From an uncultured Acidobacteriota bacterium (GTDB lineage: Bacteria > Acidobacteriota > Thermoanaerobaculia > UBA5066 > Gp7-AA6), in the NCBI GenBank assembly GCA_963805495.1, contig CAWDUQ010000001.1:131432-195431 (forward strand): DNA of 64,000 nt, written 5' to 3'. The notes below the pieces were generated by a model that did not search any database, was not told the origin of the DNA, and was given only the letters and a program-made list of their open reading frames with translations. Of the stretch, positions 1 through 9,916 are shown one piece after another; the stretch's first letter is position 1; each line of letters opens with the position of its first letter. The position numbers and the translations under genes were made by a program.

Positions 1-237
1 GCGAACGGCACACACGCGCCGGTCGTGAGAGTCGCGACCCACGCGCGCCAGCCCCAGAATGCACCCGCGATGCCGGTTGCCGCGAGCAACATGGCAACGA
101 TTACGATCGGACTGACCTCGCCCCCAAAAGTGACGTTGTCCACGGCAGCGATAGCCCCGCCAGCAAACAGGCCGACGACGACCCGGGCCGGCAGCGTATG
201 GGCGAGGCCCTCAGGTGGCATGCGATCTCTTTCCGAG

Positions 238-314
238 GCCTAACGCGCTGCGCGCCAGCGGCGAGAGAGGACGCGAAGCCGACGAACGAGTCCGCTGCAC
301 GCGCGTGGCTAGGC
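238..314 (-). other. attC: integron attC site (variant core GCTAGGC)
   Basis: 77-nt imperfect palindrome GCCTAAC...GCTAGGC homologous to array consensus. Confidence 0.7.
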
Positions 315-701
315 GGCCGCGCCCGCCGGCAACCACCGTGCGGCCGCATCGGCGCTGTCGTCGGGCCGCGTGTTGAAGGCAATCGCCGCGCGCGGGGCTG
401 CCTTGCGAACCGCGTTGATGACGACCTCGAAAATTGGCAGGAGCCGAGGCGGCAGCCGGACACCAGCGCCGATCACGACGCAGTCATAGCTTGCCGAGGC
501 GAGCTGCCGCTCGACCGCCGGCCCGGCGGTCTCATCGGGCCTGATGAAGCCGACGTCCGCTTCCCATCCGCGCGAGGCAAACTGCTTCATCGCAAGCTCG
601 ATACCGGCCTGAACCTTCTGGATGGTCATGCCTGGCGGCAGTGCGGGGTCGGAAAAATCCACGGTGGCCGGATCGTAGCCGAGCAAAAGAACCCTCGTCA
701 T
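309..701 (-). CDS. hypothetical cassette protein (130 aa)
   Basis: single ORF filling cassette, stop inside attC. Confidence 0.35.
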   Translation of the reverse strand: MTRVLLLGYDPATVDFSDPALPPGMTIQKVQAGIELAMKQFASRGWEADVGFIRPDETAGPAVERQLASASYDCVVIGAGVRLPPRLLPIFEVVINAVRKAAPRAAIAFNTRPDDSADAAARWLPAGAAA

Positions 702-767
702 GATCTCTCCTTCGTCTTTCGAATCCCTCGTCTCGGGCCGCCTGATGGGCGGCGGTCGGGCGGCTTA

Positions 768-1030
768 TCGATACGCGTCTTTGCGATCAGCGACTCGCAC
801 GACGAGCACCACCAATTCGGCATCAGCGATTGAGTAAACGATGCGAAATCGGCGTACGCGGATCCGGTACCGATCGTCCTGGCCTGCGAGCTTCTCGCAC
901 CCGACCGGCCGCGGCTCCTCGGCAAGAGCAAGACTGCTCGCCACGATGCGCTGCCCGTCTTTCTTCTGGTCAACGGCCTCGATCTCCCTGGCCGCGGACG
1001 GCTTGATCCGGATGTCTCGACCCCTGACGG
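768..1030 (-). pseudogene. relE/parE-family toxin remnant (paralog of 16853..17116) lacking start codon and antitoxin
   Basis: about 85% nt identity to relE cassette; N-terminus replaced by degenerate attC remnant at 1023-1060. Confidence 0.5.
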
Positions 1031-1060
1031 GCGGCGAGTCCGCCGTACGCGCATGTCAGG
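1023..1060 (-). other. attC: degenerate/truncated attC remnant (CCTGAC...GTCAGGC)
   Basis: collapsed attC-like inverted repeat. Confidence 0.4.
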
Positions 1061-1062
1061 CG

Positions 1063-1216
1063 CGGGACCCAGGCCCGCCATGTCCGAGAAAAAGGCTCCG
1101 AACCCGAACCAGAGCACTGGACGGGTGGCACTGGCCAAACGCCGGTTGCCAACGACTGAATCGTAGGTCACGCGTACCACGAAGGGGAGTACGGCGAACG
1201 CGCTGTGGACCCTCAC
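1063..1216. repeat. 155-bp repeat (second copy 11786-11945)
   Basis: about 90% identical copy elsewhere in array, both immediately after an attC core. Confidence 0.7.
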
Positions 1217-1253
1217 CTCTACCCCTCAGCTCGCCCGTCAGGTGCAGCGTTCG

Positions 1254-1793
1254 TCAGGTGACACGCGCGCCGAATCGGTGCGGCAATCGTGCGCGCAACC
1301 AGCGCATCTGCCCACGATGATTGATCTCATCTTCGGCGACGTGAAACCAGGCCCAATGCACGTTCATCCTCGGATCGGCGCTGACGGTTCGGTCCAACCA
1401 GGCGTCGTCGCGCGAGGCGAGAGCTTCCAGGGTCTTCTGGCGTACGGTCGCCAACTGCTCCAGATAGTACTCCAGGGGCTCGCCGCGCAGTGTGCGCTGC
1501 CCCTCGGGCCCCAGCGTCAAGGCGGCCGCCCACGTCGAGTCCTCCTGAGGCGACAAATCGCGGTCTTCGAAGGTGAGGACTTGGTAGGCGCGTTCTACCG
1601 TGACCACATGGGCCAGGAGCGCACCAATCGAGTTACTCCGATCATCGTGCAGATGATCCAGTTCAGGAATGGTCATCCCCTTGACAGCGGCAACTGTGGT
1701 GGAACGGGCATATGTGAGAATGCCGACGAGTCTCCCAATTACCGGCGTGTAGCCCGGCAGTGGCTCGATCCGCAGTGATTCTGGCATCAACAA
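1254..1793 (-). CDS. DinB/DUF664-family (metal-dependent hydrolase-like) protein
   Basis: 179-aa ORF with DinB_2-like helix-bundle motifs (WAWFHVAEDEINHRGQ). Confidence 0.6.
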   Translation of the reverse strand: MLMPESLRIEPLPGYTPVIGRLVGILTYARSTTVAAVKGMTIPELDHLHDDRSNSIGALLAHVVTVERAYQVLTFEDRDLSPQEDSTWAAALTLGPEGQRTLRGEPLEYYLEQLATVRQKTLEALASRDDAWLDRTVSADPRMNVHWAWFHVAEDEINHRGQMRWLRARLPHRFGARVT

Positions 1794-1807
1794 GGAAGCT
1801 TTGTGTC

Positions 1808-1883
1808 ACCTGACGGGTGGCGGGTTAGCAGCGGGCGAGGAGCCGAAGGCGACGAGCGAGTCCGCTGCACGCGCGTGTCAGGC
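1808..1883 (-). other. attC: attC site (CCTGAC/GTCAGGC core variant)
   Basis: 76-nt, homologous to consensus. Confidence 0.75.
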
Positions 1884-1952
1884 AGCGTTGTTGATTGGCG
1901 CCAGGGGATGGTGCGACCGCCTCCCACCGCGAAGGGTCCGACTGGCGTCAGG

Positions 1953-2351
1953 CTAGCCCAACTCATAGTTCAGTGTCAGTGGATGCTCGGTCCCGTGCCC
2001 AAGGGCCGAGGTGCCCTCGCCGCGCAGGCCCACAAGCTCTCCCGTGCCGGAGCCAGGGACTACGGAGTAGGACTCCTTCGCCACGCCGTTCTCGAAGGTT
2101 CCAACGCGTTGGAGCACGAAGGTGCCCGCTTTCCCGGCAACGCGCCCGATGAAGCGCTCGAGCCCGACGAATGCGGCCGAAGCATCGCTGCGGTACATCA
2201 TCAAATATTCGACATGTCCCTCGCCCGCGATATCGCCGGTGAACGTCTTTGTGACCGCGGCCCGAGTCAACTTTGGCAGGTCCTGGCCCTCGCTATATGG
2301 CTTCTCTTCCCAGCTCTTGATGGCGAACCGGGCGTTTGCTACGTTCTTCAT
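1953..2351 (-). CDS. hypothetical protein (DUF3224-like), start at MKNVANARF
   Basis: ORF with GGGGG RBS 8 nt upstream of ATG; track N-extension is artefact. Confidence 0.5.
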   Translation of the reverse strand: MKNVANARFAIKSWEEKPYSEGQDLPKLTRAAVTKTFTGDIAGEGHVEYLMMYRSDASAAFVGLERFIGRVAGKAGTFVLQRVGTFENGVAKESYSVVPGSGTGELVGLRGEGTSALGHGTEHPLTLNYELG

Positions 2352-2484
2352 GGTTCTACCCCCGGCAAATGATCGGAACCTCGTTGCCCATGAGTGTTCT
2401 CTCCTCGGACGCCTCAAATCATCGCACCGTTCCATGACTCGATTGGACCTGCCGAGAAAACCTGCCATCCGTGGCCCGTACGCT

Positions 2485-2560
2485 GCGTAATCGGTAGCGC
2501 GTCAGCGGCGAGCGAAGAGCCGAAGGCGATGAGCGAGTCCGCTGCCTGCACGTGTTAGGC
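2485..2560 (-). other. attC: attC site (degenerate left arm)
   Basis: 76-nt, right arm GAGTCCGCTGC...GTTAGGC conserved. Confidence 0.65.
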
Positions 2561-3085
2561 GCCACTTGCGATGACCCTTCTCATAGTCTCTTCGGGGGTA
2601 TCAAGGGAGGTATCTAAGAATGCGTTTCGCGGAAATATGGCGCCCGTGAATTTGGCGTGCAGCGATGCGACGCGCTCGGGCCCGAGGTTCCAGCTGCTGC
2701 GCGCCGAATCGCGAGCAATGGCAACCTCCAGCCTCGGGTGCAGAACACAGATGCGCCATGCGATGTGGTTTCGCTTGAAGAATTCGCTGTACTCAAGGAA
2801 GGACTCCGGTGGGCTCTCATGAACAGTTGCATCAATCACGACAGGTCTCCCGAGCGCGACTGCCTCGCGTACCAAGGCGAACACGGCATCGTGGACTCGG
2901 CGGCGCTTTCGACGGTGCGCCGACGAGCCAAAGACGCCCCGATTCCTGCCGAATCTCTCGTGCCAGATGTCGTCCTCCGAAACCCGTACCCAGCCAGCCC
3001 GCAACGCCAGGAGTTCGGCCACCGTGGTCTTCCCACTTCCGCAGGTGCCGGTAACGATCAGGGCCCGACCTGTCAAGTCATTGCG
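2555..3085 (-). CDS. P-loop NTPase / kinase-like protein (probable TTG start)
   Basis: Walker A GTCGSGKTT near N-terminus; track ORF extended through attC. Confidence 0.5.
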   Translation of the reverse strand, partial: RNDLTGRALIVTGTCGSGKTTVAELLALRAGWVRVSEDDIWHERFGRNRGVFGSSAHRRKRRRVHDAVFALVREAVALGRPVVIDATVHESPPESFLEYSEFFKRNHIAWRICVLHPRLEVAIARDSARSSWNLGPERVASLHAKFTGAIFPRNAFLDTSLDTPEETMRRVIASGA

Positions 3086-3097
3086 GTCCCTGGTGGC

Positions 3098-3173
3098 GCC
3101 TAACGGGTGGCGGGTCTGCGGCGAGTGACGAGCCGAAAGCGCCGAACGAGTCCGCTGCACCCGCGGGTTAGGC
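3098..3173 (-). other. attC: attC site
   Basis: 76-nt GCCTAAC...GTTAGGC imperfect palindrome. Confidence 0.85.
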
Positions 3174-3412
3174 GGCGATCCTACGCCAGCCATGCGACCT
3201 TGAGGCCGTTCACGCTCTCCAGCCTGGCCCGATCCGCGGGCGTCGCACACCCAATCACGGGCATCCTGGCCGCGGTCCTTTTCGTCGACATCGACATTGG
3301 TGAAGCGGTGGGTGGTATTCCGACGTCGTCGATGTTCTTCCCCCGATGACCCGCAGGGACCACCGGATCCCCGGCCTTTCCGGCCGCTATGGAAACGCGC
3401 GCCGTGAGTCCG

Positions 3413-5476
3413 TCAAATCGCCAGTCCAACGTCGCCTTCGAGCACCGATGTCTTCAGCTGCGGGCGGTCTCCGCTCTTCCACAGCGCAGCGGTGAGTACC
3501 ACCCGATACCGGAGGGGCCCCCCGTCGGGCCGTTCGCTGCGCGCAATGGGACGTGGGATGCAGACGAACTCGGTGCGCATTTCATCGTTCGACACCCGGA
3601 CCTTCGCATAACCGTGTCCTCCCAGATCCACGAACTCGAGGTGCGGAGCGAGATCCGGATTGGACAGCGACCGCGCGCGCTCGAGGTCGAAGCTCTTCGC
3701 ATATTCCAGACACGCGCGGACGCCGTGCCTCAGCAACATGTTGAGGGTCCACTCCGGCTTCGCCCCCCCATCCCTGTCGGCCAGAAACAGCGGCCGCAGC
3801 GGAGCGTCCTTCGGAAGCTTGTGCTCGTAGGCCTCCATGGGGCCGGGACTGACGAGTGACGCGCCGACGAAACTCAAGCCGACGGGCGCGAACTTGCCGG
3901 GCGGGAGTTCGGCAGTCGCATATCCGGCCCAGAAGCTGTGGCGGTCGCCCGAGACGATGGCGAAGCCCGTGATCTTCGCGTCGCGAACGACATCGTAGAT
4001 CTCGGCGCGCTCGACGTACGCCGTGCCGTAGTCACCCCCGCCCATCGATGCGTACGTGTCTTTCGGCCACGACTCTTTGGTGAGACCCGCCGGCAGGTTC
4101 TGCGGATCGGCTCGCGAATCCAGAGCGCCCATCGAGTTCGCCCAGATTTTCCAAACCGCGGTTGAGCTCCTGAGCTTGTCCTTGAACCAGGCCTTCTGCT
4201 CCGCGCCGAGAATCGTCTGTGGCGGCGCGCTCCGTTGTGGATTGGCAACGTGCGCATCGTTGAAACGGACCTCGGAAGGGGGAGCGCCGCCATGGAACGC
4301 GCGGCCGCCGTCGAGGACCTGCATGAGAGGCTCGGGAGCCATTCCGATGAACTCGTTGCCGCCGAGCTTCTCGAGAGACGAGTCGCTGAAGGGGTCCGCG
4401 CTCCGATAGCTGTGCTGGTCGGTGATGATCACGTCCAGGTTGTGACCGTACCGCAGCGCCCGGTAGCCCTTGAGGCTGTTGATCGCCGTCAGGTTGTTCG
4501 GCTCCATCCCCAGCCCGTCGCTGTCGAACTCCGTGATGGGGACGTCCTTGACGGCTGGCGGATCGAAACGCTCGAGCGAACCGCTCGGCGCGGCGACACG
4601 GGCGGGGAGGTACTCGAACCAGGCCTGGTTCGCCGCGATCTTGACGCTCTGGCCCGGTTGCTCGATCGGCCCCGCCTTGACGATGCTCTGCCAGCCCTGC
4701 CACGAGAACTCGTGGTTGTCCCAGATGGCGACGAACGGCCAGCGCGCGCGGGCATCCTGGAGGTCGGGATCGGCGAGATAGCCTTTGTAGACGGCCCGGT
4801 AGCCGTCGACGGTCAACGGTATGTGGAAGTTGCCGGCCTTCGGGCCGTCCGGGTACCGCGCCACCTCGTAGATCGTCCGGTCGTAGCGTGTCTTCACCTC
4901 GTCGGGATACTCGACCACCTCGTAGATGAAGTCCCCCAGGTGCAGAACGAAGTCGAGCCGTCGGGCGGCGGGAGCGCGCTCATCTTCGTAGATCATCCGG
5001 CGGTAGGCGTTGAGCTTGCCCTCGTTGACGTCCTGACAGCTCACGAATGCGAAGTTCACCGTGCGCGGATCGTTGGGCAACGGCGCCGTCATCGTGCGGC
5101 CGACCCGGCTGCCGTTCCCGCCGGTGTCGGTGAACCGATACCAGTAAGTGCGCGCCGGCTTGAGTCCGCCAATCAGAACGCGCGCGGTCCAGTCCGCGGC
5201 GCTTGAGACCGGTGCCTGCGCGTGCGCGACGACACGGCGGAATGCCCCATCCTCGGCGACCTCGACGGTCAGGAGCTGGCGCGTGCCCTGCGTAAACGGA
5301 CGCCTCGTCCACAGGATGACGCTGTGCGGATCGGGATCGCCCGAGGCGACCCCCTGGGGATAGAGATCGCGCCGCTCATGCCAGGGGACACGCGATCCGC
5401 GAGCCGGTCCGGCCCATGCGAGCGAAGCACCCATTGCTGCTGCAGTTTTGAGAAAGGATCGGCGGCTGATCGGCAT
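3413..5476 (-). CDS. phoD: PhoD-like alkaline phosphatase / phosphodiesterase, Tat-secreted
   Basis: 687 aa, RRSFLK twin-arginine signal, PhoD metallophosphatase motifs. Confidence 0.85.
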   Translation of the reverse strand: MPISRRSFLKTAAAMGASLAWAGPARGSRVPWHERRDLYPQGVASGDPDPHSVILWTRRPFTQGTRQLLTVEVAEDGAFRRVVAHAQAPVSSAADWTARVLIGGLKPARTYWYRFTDTGGNGSRVGRTMTAPLPNDPRTVNFAFVSCQDVNEGKLNAYRRMIYEDERAPAARRLDFVLHLGDFIYEVVEYPDEVKTRYDRTIYEVARYPDGPKAGNFHIPLTVDGYRAVYKGYLADPDLQDARARWPFVAIWDNHEFSWQGWQSIVKAGPIEQPGQSVKIAANQAWFEYLPARVAAPSGSLERFDPPAVKDVPITEFDSDGLGMEPNNLTAINSLKGYRALRYGHNLDVIITDQHSYRSADPFSDSSLEKLGGNEFIGMAPEPLMQVLDGGRAFHGGAPPSEVRFNDAHVANPQRSAPPQTILGAEQKAWFKDKLRSSTAVWKIWANSMGALDSRADPQNLPAGLTKESWPKDTYASMGGGDYGTAYVERAEIYDVVRDAKITGFAIVSGDRHSFWAGYATAELPPGKFAPVGLSFVGASLVSPGPMEAYEHKLPKDAPLRPLFLADRDGGAKPEWTLNMLLRHGVRACLEYAKSFDLERARSLSNPDLAPHLEFVDLGGHGYAKVRVSNDEMRTEFVCIPRPIARSERPDGGPLRYRVVLTAALWKSGDRPQLKTSVLEGDVGLAI

Positions 5477-5768
5477 GGTCTCACTCCGTCCAGGCTGCAG
5501 TTGGCGTCACCTCAGGGTTCGGACGCGAACGCCCGCTGAGACAAGTACGTACTCTCTGCCCGTAAGTTGCCGTGGCGTGCAACTCGTCGATCAAATGCGA
5601 CGATCCGGCGATCGGAACGCCGGACGTCGTCGCCGGCCTTCCGCTTCGTTCGGCCCATGGCTGGATGGGACTCGCTGAACCGGTTGATACTTCCAGGGCC
5701 GCCTGTTTCAGCCGGAGGGCATTGCTGTCCGACTCCCGAGATGACGCCTGACTGGCCTTCCGACTGTC

Positions 5769-5844
5769 GCCTGACGGCCGGCGGGTCAGCGGTGAGCTCC
5801 CAGCCGAAGCCGAGGAGCGACTCCCCTTCACGCGCGGGTCACGT
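5769..5844 (-). other. attC: attC site (variant GCCTGAC...GGTCACG)
   Basis: 76-nt attC-like palindrome overlapping stop of 5828..6013. Confidence 0.6.
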
Positions 5845-6013
5845 CCTGCACCTGGACATTCTTTGCGAGCGTCTTGAAGCGAGGTCCGTTGGGCGGAACC
5901 ACGGTGATGGTGACGTGACGGCTCTTGCTCTTGTTGATGTCGCGTACGGTGCCGGACTTGCCTTTGTGCGCGCCGGCGACCACGTTACAAAAGGCACCCT
6001 CTTTCAACTTCAT
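5828..6013 (-). CDS. small KOW-like protein (61 aa); paralog at 51296..51463
   Basis: ORF conserved in two cassettes. Confidence 0.45.
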   Translation of the reverse strand: MKLKEGAFCNVVAGAHKGKSGTVRDINKSKSRHVTITVVPPNGPRFKTLAKNVQVQDVTRA

Positions 6014-6045
6014 CTATCCCTCCGCCAATCCGCGTCTCGCGCTGC

Positions 6046-6122
6046 CCGGCGCCCCGCATCACCTGCCGGCGGAAGCGAGCGAAGCCCGCTGTAGCCGGTC
6101 AGCTGCATGCGGAGGTTATGCG
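6046..6122 (-). other. attC: degenerate attC-like site
   Basis: GTCAGCTGCA...GGTTATGCGGC resembles long-class right arm. Confidence 0.4.
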
Positions 6123-6257
6123 GCATTTCGCTGAGACCGCGTCTGACTGTCGTCGTTTTGGACCCACATCGACCCATGGTAGTCGGCCGCTACCTGTCTT
6201 GTTTCCGGGGCGCGGCGACGCCCGGTCGGACGCACAACGCCGCCGGTGTGCCCTTTG

Positions 6258-6786
6258 CTAAGAGTTGTCGGAAAGCTCAATTAAAGCCAGGGTTTCCCCC
6301 CAGGTTCGGTAGATTCCAGAAACCAGGAAGAGCGATGTTGAGCCCGCTACGGCGAAAGGGGCAAAAGCCTCTCCGGCGATCAATCCCGCGCCGCTGCAGA
6401 TCAGGACGACGCTGGCAACGATCGGAACGCCGTTGTGGACGATCCTGTCCATCTTCGTCCTAATGGCCCTGAGATGGAGACCGCTCTGCACGCGGACTAT
6501 ATTAATTCGATAGATTGAGTCCCCAATCCCCATCGCACCGAAAATAACTCCTCTTGGCCAACTGGACCGCTACGGCACCAACACCGCCATGCTCTGGAGG
6601 AGGACCTCGGTGAAGCTGTACATCGCAGGCGTCAGCGATGCATGGTGCGATGTCCAACTTCCGGGAGGTCGACAAGCCGGTGCCAAGCGTGACGACAACA
6701 AACAGCAATACCACAAATACCGAGCCAGCCGCCCCGGTCGTGGTGAAGAAGTCGCTCCAACCGTTAAGCATCAGACTGTTCCTCAA
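6258..6786 (-). pseudogene. possible frameshifted small membrane protein (two overlapping ORFs) in lower-GC cassette
   Basis: ORFs 6502..6786 and 6258..6533 overlap in different frames; both hydrophobic. Confidence 0.3.
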
Positions 6787-6932
6787 CGTTCAGCGCGTTA
6801 TTGTGAAACTGAGACGCCCCCACACTTGGCGACACAAGTGCCGGCATGGAGCAACGACACTCGCACTCCCCAGTGCCAGGCTATCGGCGATACCGGCCGT
6901 TGTGGGACAAATGCCGTGTGACATCTAATGTC

Positions 6933-6992
6933 GCCTGACGCCCGGCATCAGCCGCTGCGCCAAGGGCTGTCCGCTGCACGCTCTTGTTAGGC
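6933..6992 (-). other. attC: attC site, short (60 nt) variant
   Basis: GCCTGAC...GTTAGGC. Confidence 0.65.
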
Positions 6993-7022
6993 CGCAGCAG
7001 GGCATCGACATCACTCCCCTGC

Positions 7023-7661
7023 CTACATCTGCAATAAGAAATAGATGACAAACAGGAGAACTGCGCCCAGACAGGCGCCGTAAAGCAACTTGATCCCCAG
7101 CGACGTGCGAATGCCCTCAGCGGGTGGCGGGAAGGGAATGCTGATCGCCCGTATGGCCGCCAGATAGCCTACCGTCCCCATCGCAATCCTTAACCAGTCA
7201 AACGCAACCCACTGTCGCACCATCGCCCGGATCATCGCAGTATCAGTAGTCGCGCCTGGAGCGCCTCTGGCAACTGCCCACAGCGCAGCGTTGCGTGGCC
7301 AGAACGCGAGGACCGTGAATATCAATGTCGCAAAAATCATTATCGCCGATAGGAACAGCAACAGTCGGTACTTCGGCGGTGTTGCCCAGCCGCTTATCAA
7401 CGCTCCTAGAGAAGCCAGCAGCAGCGCGGCAGAGCTTGGAATGAAAAACTCGCCTGTGTCTACAGGGTATCGCGGCCCGTATGGCAATAAGCTCAATGAC
7501 TCCGGCGGAGAGGCACTCCAGGCGCCCACGAGGACGCGCAGATCGAACAGCTTCGCGCCCAGAAGGACTCCCCAGGCGATTACCAGGATCCACAGAAAGA
7601 ACCGGGTGACGCGCATGCGCGTGAAGATGGTTCTGCTCGAGGGCTCGATTGTGGTAGTCAC
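7023..7661 (-). CDS. integral membrane protein (212 aa)
   Basis: multi-TM hydrophobic ORF. Confidence 0.5.
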   Translation of the reverse strand: MTTTIEPSSRTIFTRMRVTRFFLWILVIAWGVLLGAKLFDLRVLVGAWSASPPESLSLLPYGPRYPVDTGEFFIPSSAALLLASLGALISGWATPPKYRLLLFLSAIMIFATLIFTVLAFWPRNAALWAVARGAPGATTDTAMIRAMVRQWVAFDWLRIAMGTVGYLAAIRAISIPFPPPAEGIRTSLGIKLLYGACLGAVLLFVIYFLLQM

Positions 7662-7816
7662 GATTCCTCCTCGCGCGCCCTAACGCTCCGCTTCAGGCGC
7701 GGGCCGCGCAGCGGGATCACGAGCGGTTCGACCATGAGCGCCCGCATGGGCCCGCCCATCACCGACGAAGAGTCTACGAGCGCGCTGATTCAAATGGTCC
7801 ATTGTTGATCTCCGGC

Positions 7817-7888
7817 GCCTAACGATGCCGAATCATCCGCGCGACGCCAAGCGACTCGCGGCGCGTCGGCTGCATTCGGAGGTTAGAC
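7817..7888 (-). other. attC: attC site, divergent (72 nt, core GTTAGAC)
   Basis: GCCTAAC...GGTTAGAC. Confidence 0.6.
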
Positions 7889-7904
7889 GTCAACGCCGGG
7901 ATGG

Positions 7905-8837
7905 TCAGGCCTGCGGACGGGCGTCGATCCCGAACTCTGCTTTGACTCGGGCGTACCAGGCATCGTCGTCGAGCGATCCCCAGGCCACCCACTCCTCGTC
8001 GGTCATCGCTTTGCGCCAGGTGAGAAATGGCACGGCGTCCGGTCCCACTGGATGTCGGAGCTGCCAGGTGCCGCTGATGGCGATCTCAAGGACTCTGTCC
8101 GCCACCAGAGACGGCAACGCTGGGCTCTTCAACACGCTGATGTAGAACGCGGCCATGCGATTCTGCTGCGGATAGTGGGAGGCGCCTTGCGGGCCGCTGA
8201 TGCGCCGGGCCATCGGCGTGTCGACGATGCCCGGCTCGACAATCGCAACACGGATGTTGAACGGCTTGGCCTCCTGGGCCAGGCATTCGCTGAGCGCCTC
8301 CACGGCGAATTTGGACGCCGCGTACGCCCCCTGCGGTGACACGGCGATCCGTCCGCCGATGGATGCCACGTTGATGATGCAACCGCTTCGACGTCGTCGC
8401 ATGGCTGGCAGCACAGCCTGAATGCAGCGAAGCGTCCCGAAATAGTTGGTCTCCATGACGGAACGGAAGTCCGCGAGCGGAAGCTCCTCGACAGAACCCA
8501 TCCGCTCGATGCCCGCGTTGTTGACGAGCACGTCGATTGGCCCCATCTCCTGCGCGATGCGGCCGACAGCGTCCCTGACGGACCGGTCGTCATCGACATC
8601 CATCATGTAGACGGCAATCGCCAGGTTTTCGTCGCCAGCAACCTTCGCAAGTGCGGGCGCCCTGGCGGGGTCGCGCATCGTCGCTGCGACCTTGTGGCCC
8701 GCTCGGCCGAATGCCAGCGCCGTCGCGAAGCCTATGCCGCTACTGGTGCCCGTAATCAGAATGTTTGCCAAGTGTCTTGTCCTCTCCAGTCTCCTGGTTA
8801 CCGTTATTGTAACGTGAGGCGATCTTGTTGAAGTCAA
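7905..8837 (-). CDS. short-chain dehydrogenase/reductase (SDR)
   Basis: TGTSSGIG Rossmann motif, YxxxK. Confidence 0.85.
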   Translation of the reverse strand: MTSTRSPHVTITVTRRLERTRHLANILITGTSSGIGFATALAFGRAGHKVAATMRDPARAPALAKVAGDENLAIAVYMMDVDDDRSVRDAVGRIAQEMGPIDVLVNNAGIERMGSVEELPLADFRSVMETNYFGTLRCIQAVLPAMRRRRSGCIINVASIGGRIAVSPQGAYAASKFAVEALSECLAQEAKPFNIRVAIVEPGIVDTPMARRISGPQGASHYPQQNRMAAFYISVLKSPALPSLVADRVLEIAISGTWQLRHPVGPDAVPFLTWRKAMTDEEWVAWGSLDDDAWYARVKAEFGIDARPQA

Positions 8838-8838
8838 C

Positions 8839-8915
8839 GTCTAACGGGCGACGGGTCGGCGGCGAGCGCCGTAGCGAGGCGCAGGCGCGAGTCCGCTGCA
8901 CCCCCGCGGTTAGGC
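8839..8915 (-). other. attC: attC site (GTCTAAC variant)
   Basis: 77-nt. Confidence 0.8.
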
Positions 8916-9145
8916 GGCGTGCCGAGGTTCAGGTACGGTGCCATGGCGGTACGACCAGGCCAACCGGAAGGGGCATTCCTCGGTAGAAAGAATAATCGCC
9001 AATCGGAAAGCCCGAATATGCCGTGATCCGTTGCTCCGCGAGCATGCCGCAAGGGAAGGCGAGCACCAGATAAGCAACGACGATCAATACGGACCTTTTC
9101 CAAGGAGAGGTGCCTGCCTCGCGACGTGCGCCGAGCTACCACCGC

Positions 9146-9228
9146 GCCCTCGGACGCCGGGCTCGCGCCCACAGACCTACGGCGACAAGGACGGAGCGCC
9201 GCGAGTCCGCTGCAACCGCATGTTAGGC
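9146..9228 (-). other. attC: attC site, degenerate left arm
   Basis: right arm GAGTCCGCTGCAACCGCATGTTAGGC. Confidence 0.5.
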
Positions 9229-9540
9229 GGCCGCACATTCTGCGACTCTGGACCGAGCTGAACTCTCCCGCGCGAGGCCCGCAGCTTCCGCCACGATGCG
9301 ACGAATAGCATCCTGACTGGGTCGAGGCTTTCGCCGCGTTCGCTCATCCGCGTGCTCAGGTTTAAGACACCCCGATCAACTCACCGGTTCCCATCCTCTT
9401 GATGGATCTAGGGTTGCGTGCGCCGAGCTGCTGCCTCGGCTGTCCCCGAGAAGAGAAGCGCGCCCTCGGGGACGACCGCCGTCGAAAACGCAGCCCGCGG
9501 TTGCGTTCCCCCTTGCATGCCGCCAGTCCGTGTGCTACAT

Positions 9541-9560
9541 ACTGAACCGAATGGTTCAGT
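9541..9560 (+). promoter_or_regulatory. perfect dyad ACTGAACCGAATGGTTCAGT overlapping arsR start, candidate ArsR operator
   Basis: 9-2-9 palindrome spanning ATG at 9551. Confidence 0.5.
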
Positions 9561-9916
9561 ATTCGCGCGCCCACCTCGATGCCTCGTTCGCCGCGCTCTC
9601 GGATGCCACCCGACGCGGCGTTCTGGAGCAGCTGGGACGTTCCGACGCTTCGATCACGGACCTTGCCGAGAAGTTCCACATGACCCTCACGGGCATCAAG
9701 AAGCACGTCGGCGTCCTGGAGCAGTCCGGGCTCGTCACCACGGAGAAGCTCGGGCGCGTGCGGACCTGCAAGCTCGGCCCGCGCCGATTGGAGGAAGAGA
9801 CGGCATGGCTCGAGAGGTACCGCCATCTCTGGGACGCACGCTTCGACGAGTTGGACAAGGTCGTCGAGGAATTGAAACGAAAGGAGAAGGTCGATGGACG
9901 CAAGAAGAGAGAGTGA
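9551..9916 (+). CDS. arsR: ArsR/SmtB-family transcriptional regulator (track GTG start 9530 also possible)
   Basis: LSDATRRGVLEQL...HTH motif. Confidence 0.85.
   Translation: MVQYSRAHLDASFAALSDATRRGVLEQLGRSDASITDLAEKFHMTLTGIKKHVGVLEQSGLVTTEKLGRVRTCKLGPRRLEEETAWLERYRHLWDARFDELDKVVEELKRKEKVDGRKKRE

Noticed and set aside
4032-5206. ORFs 4032..4703 (-) and 4235..5206 (+) inside the phoD locus
   Set aside because: They are embedded in or antisense to the 687-aa PhoD ORF, which has a Tat signal and metallophosphatase motifs. They are GC-rich frame artefacts.
7675-7760. An isolated GCCCTAAC half-site after the 7023..7661 membrane gene
   Set aside because: No matching right arm or core was found within 120 nt. 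It is probably a decayed attC fragment inside the cassette that ends at the 7817-7888 attC.
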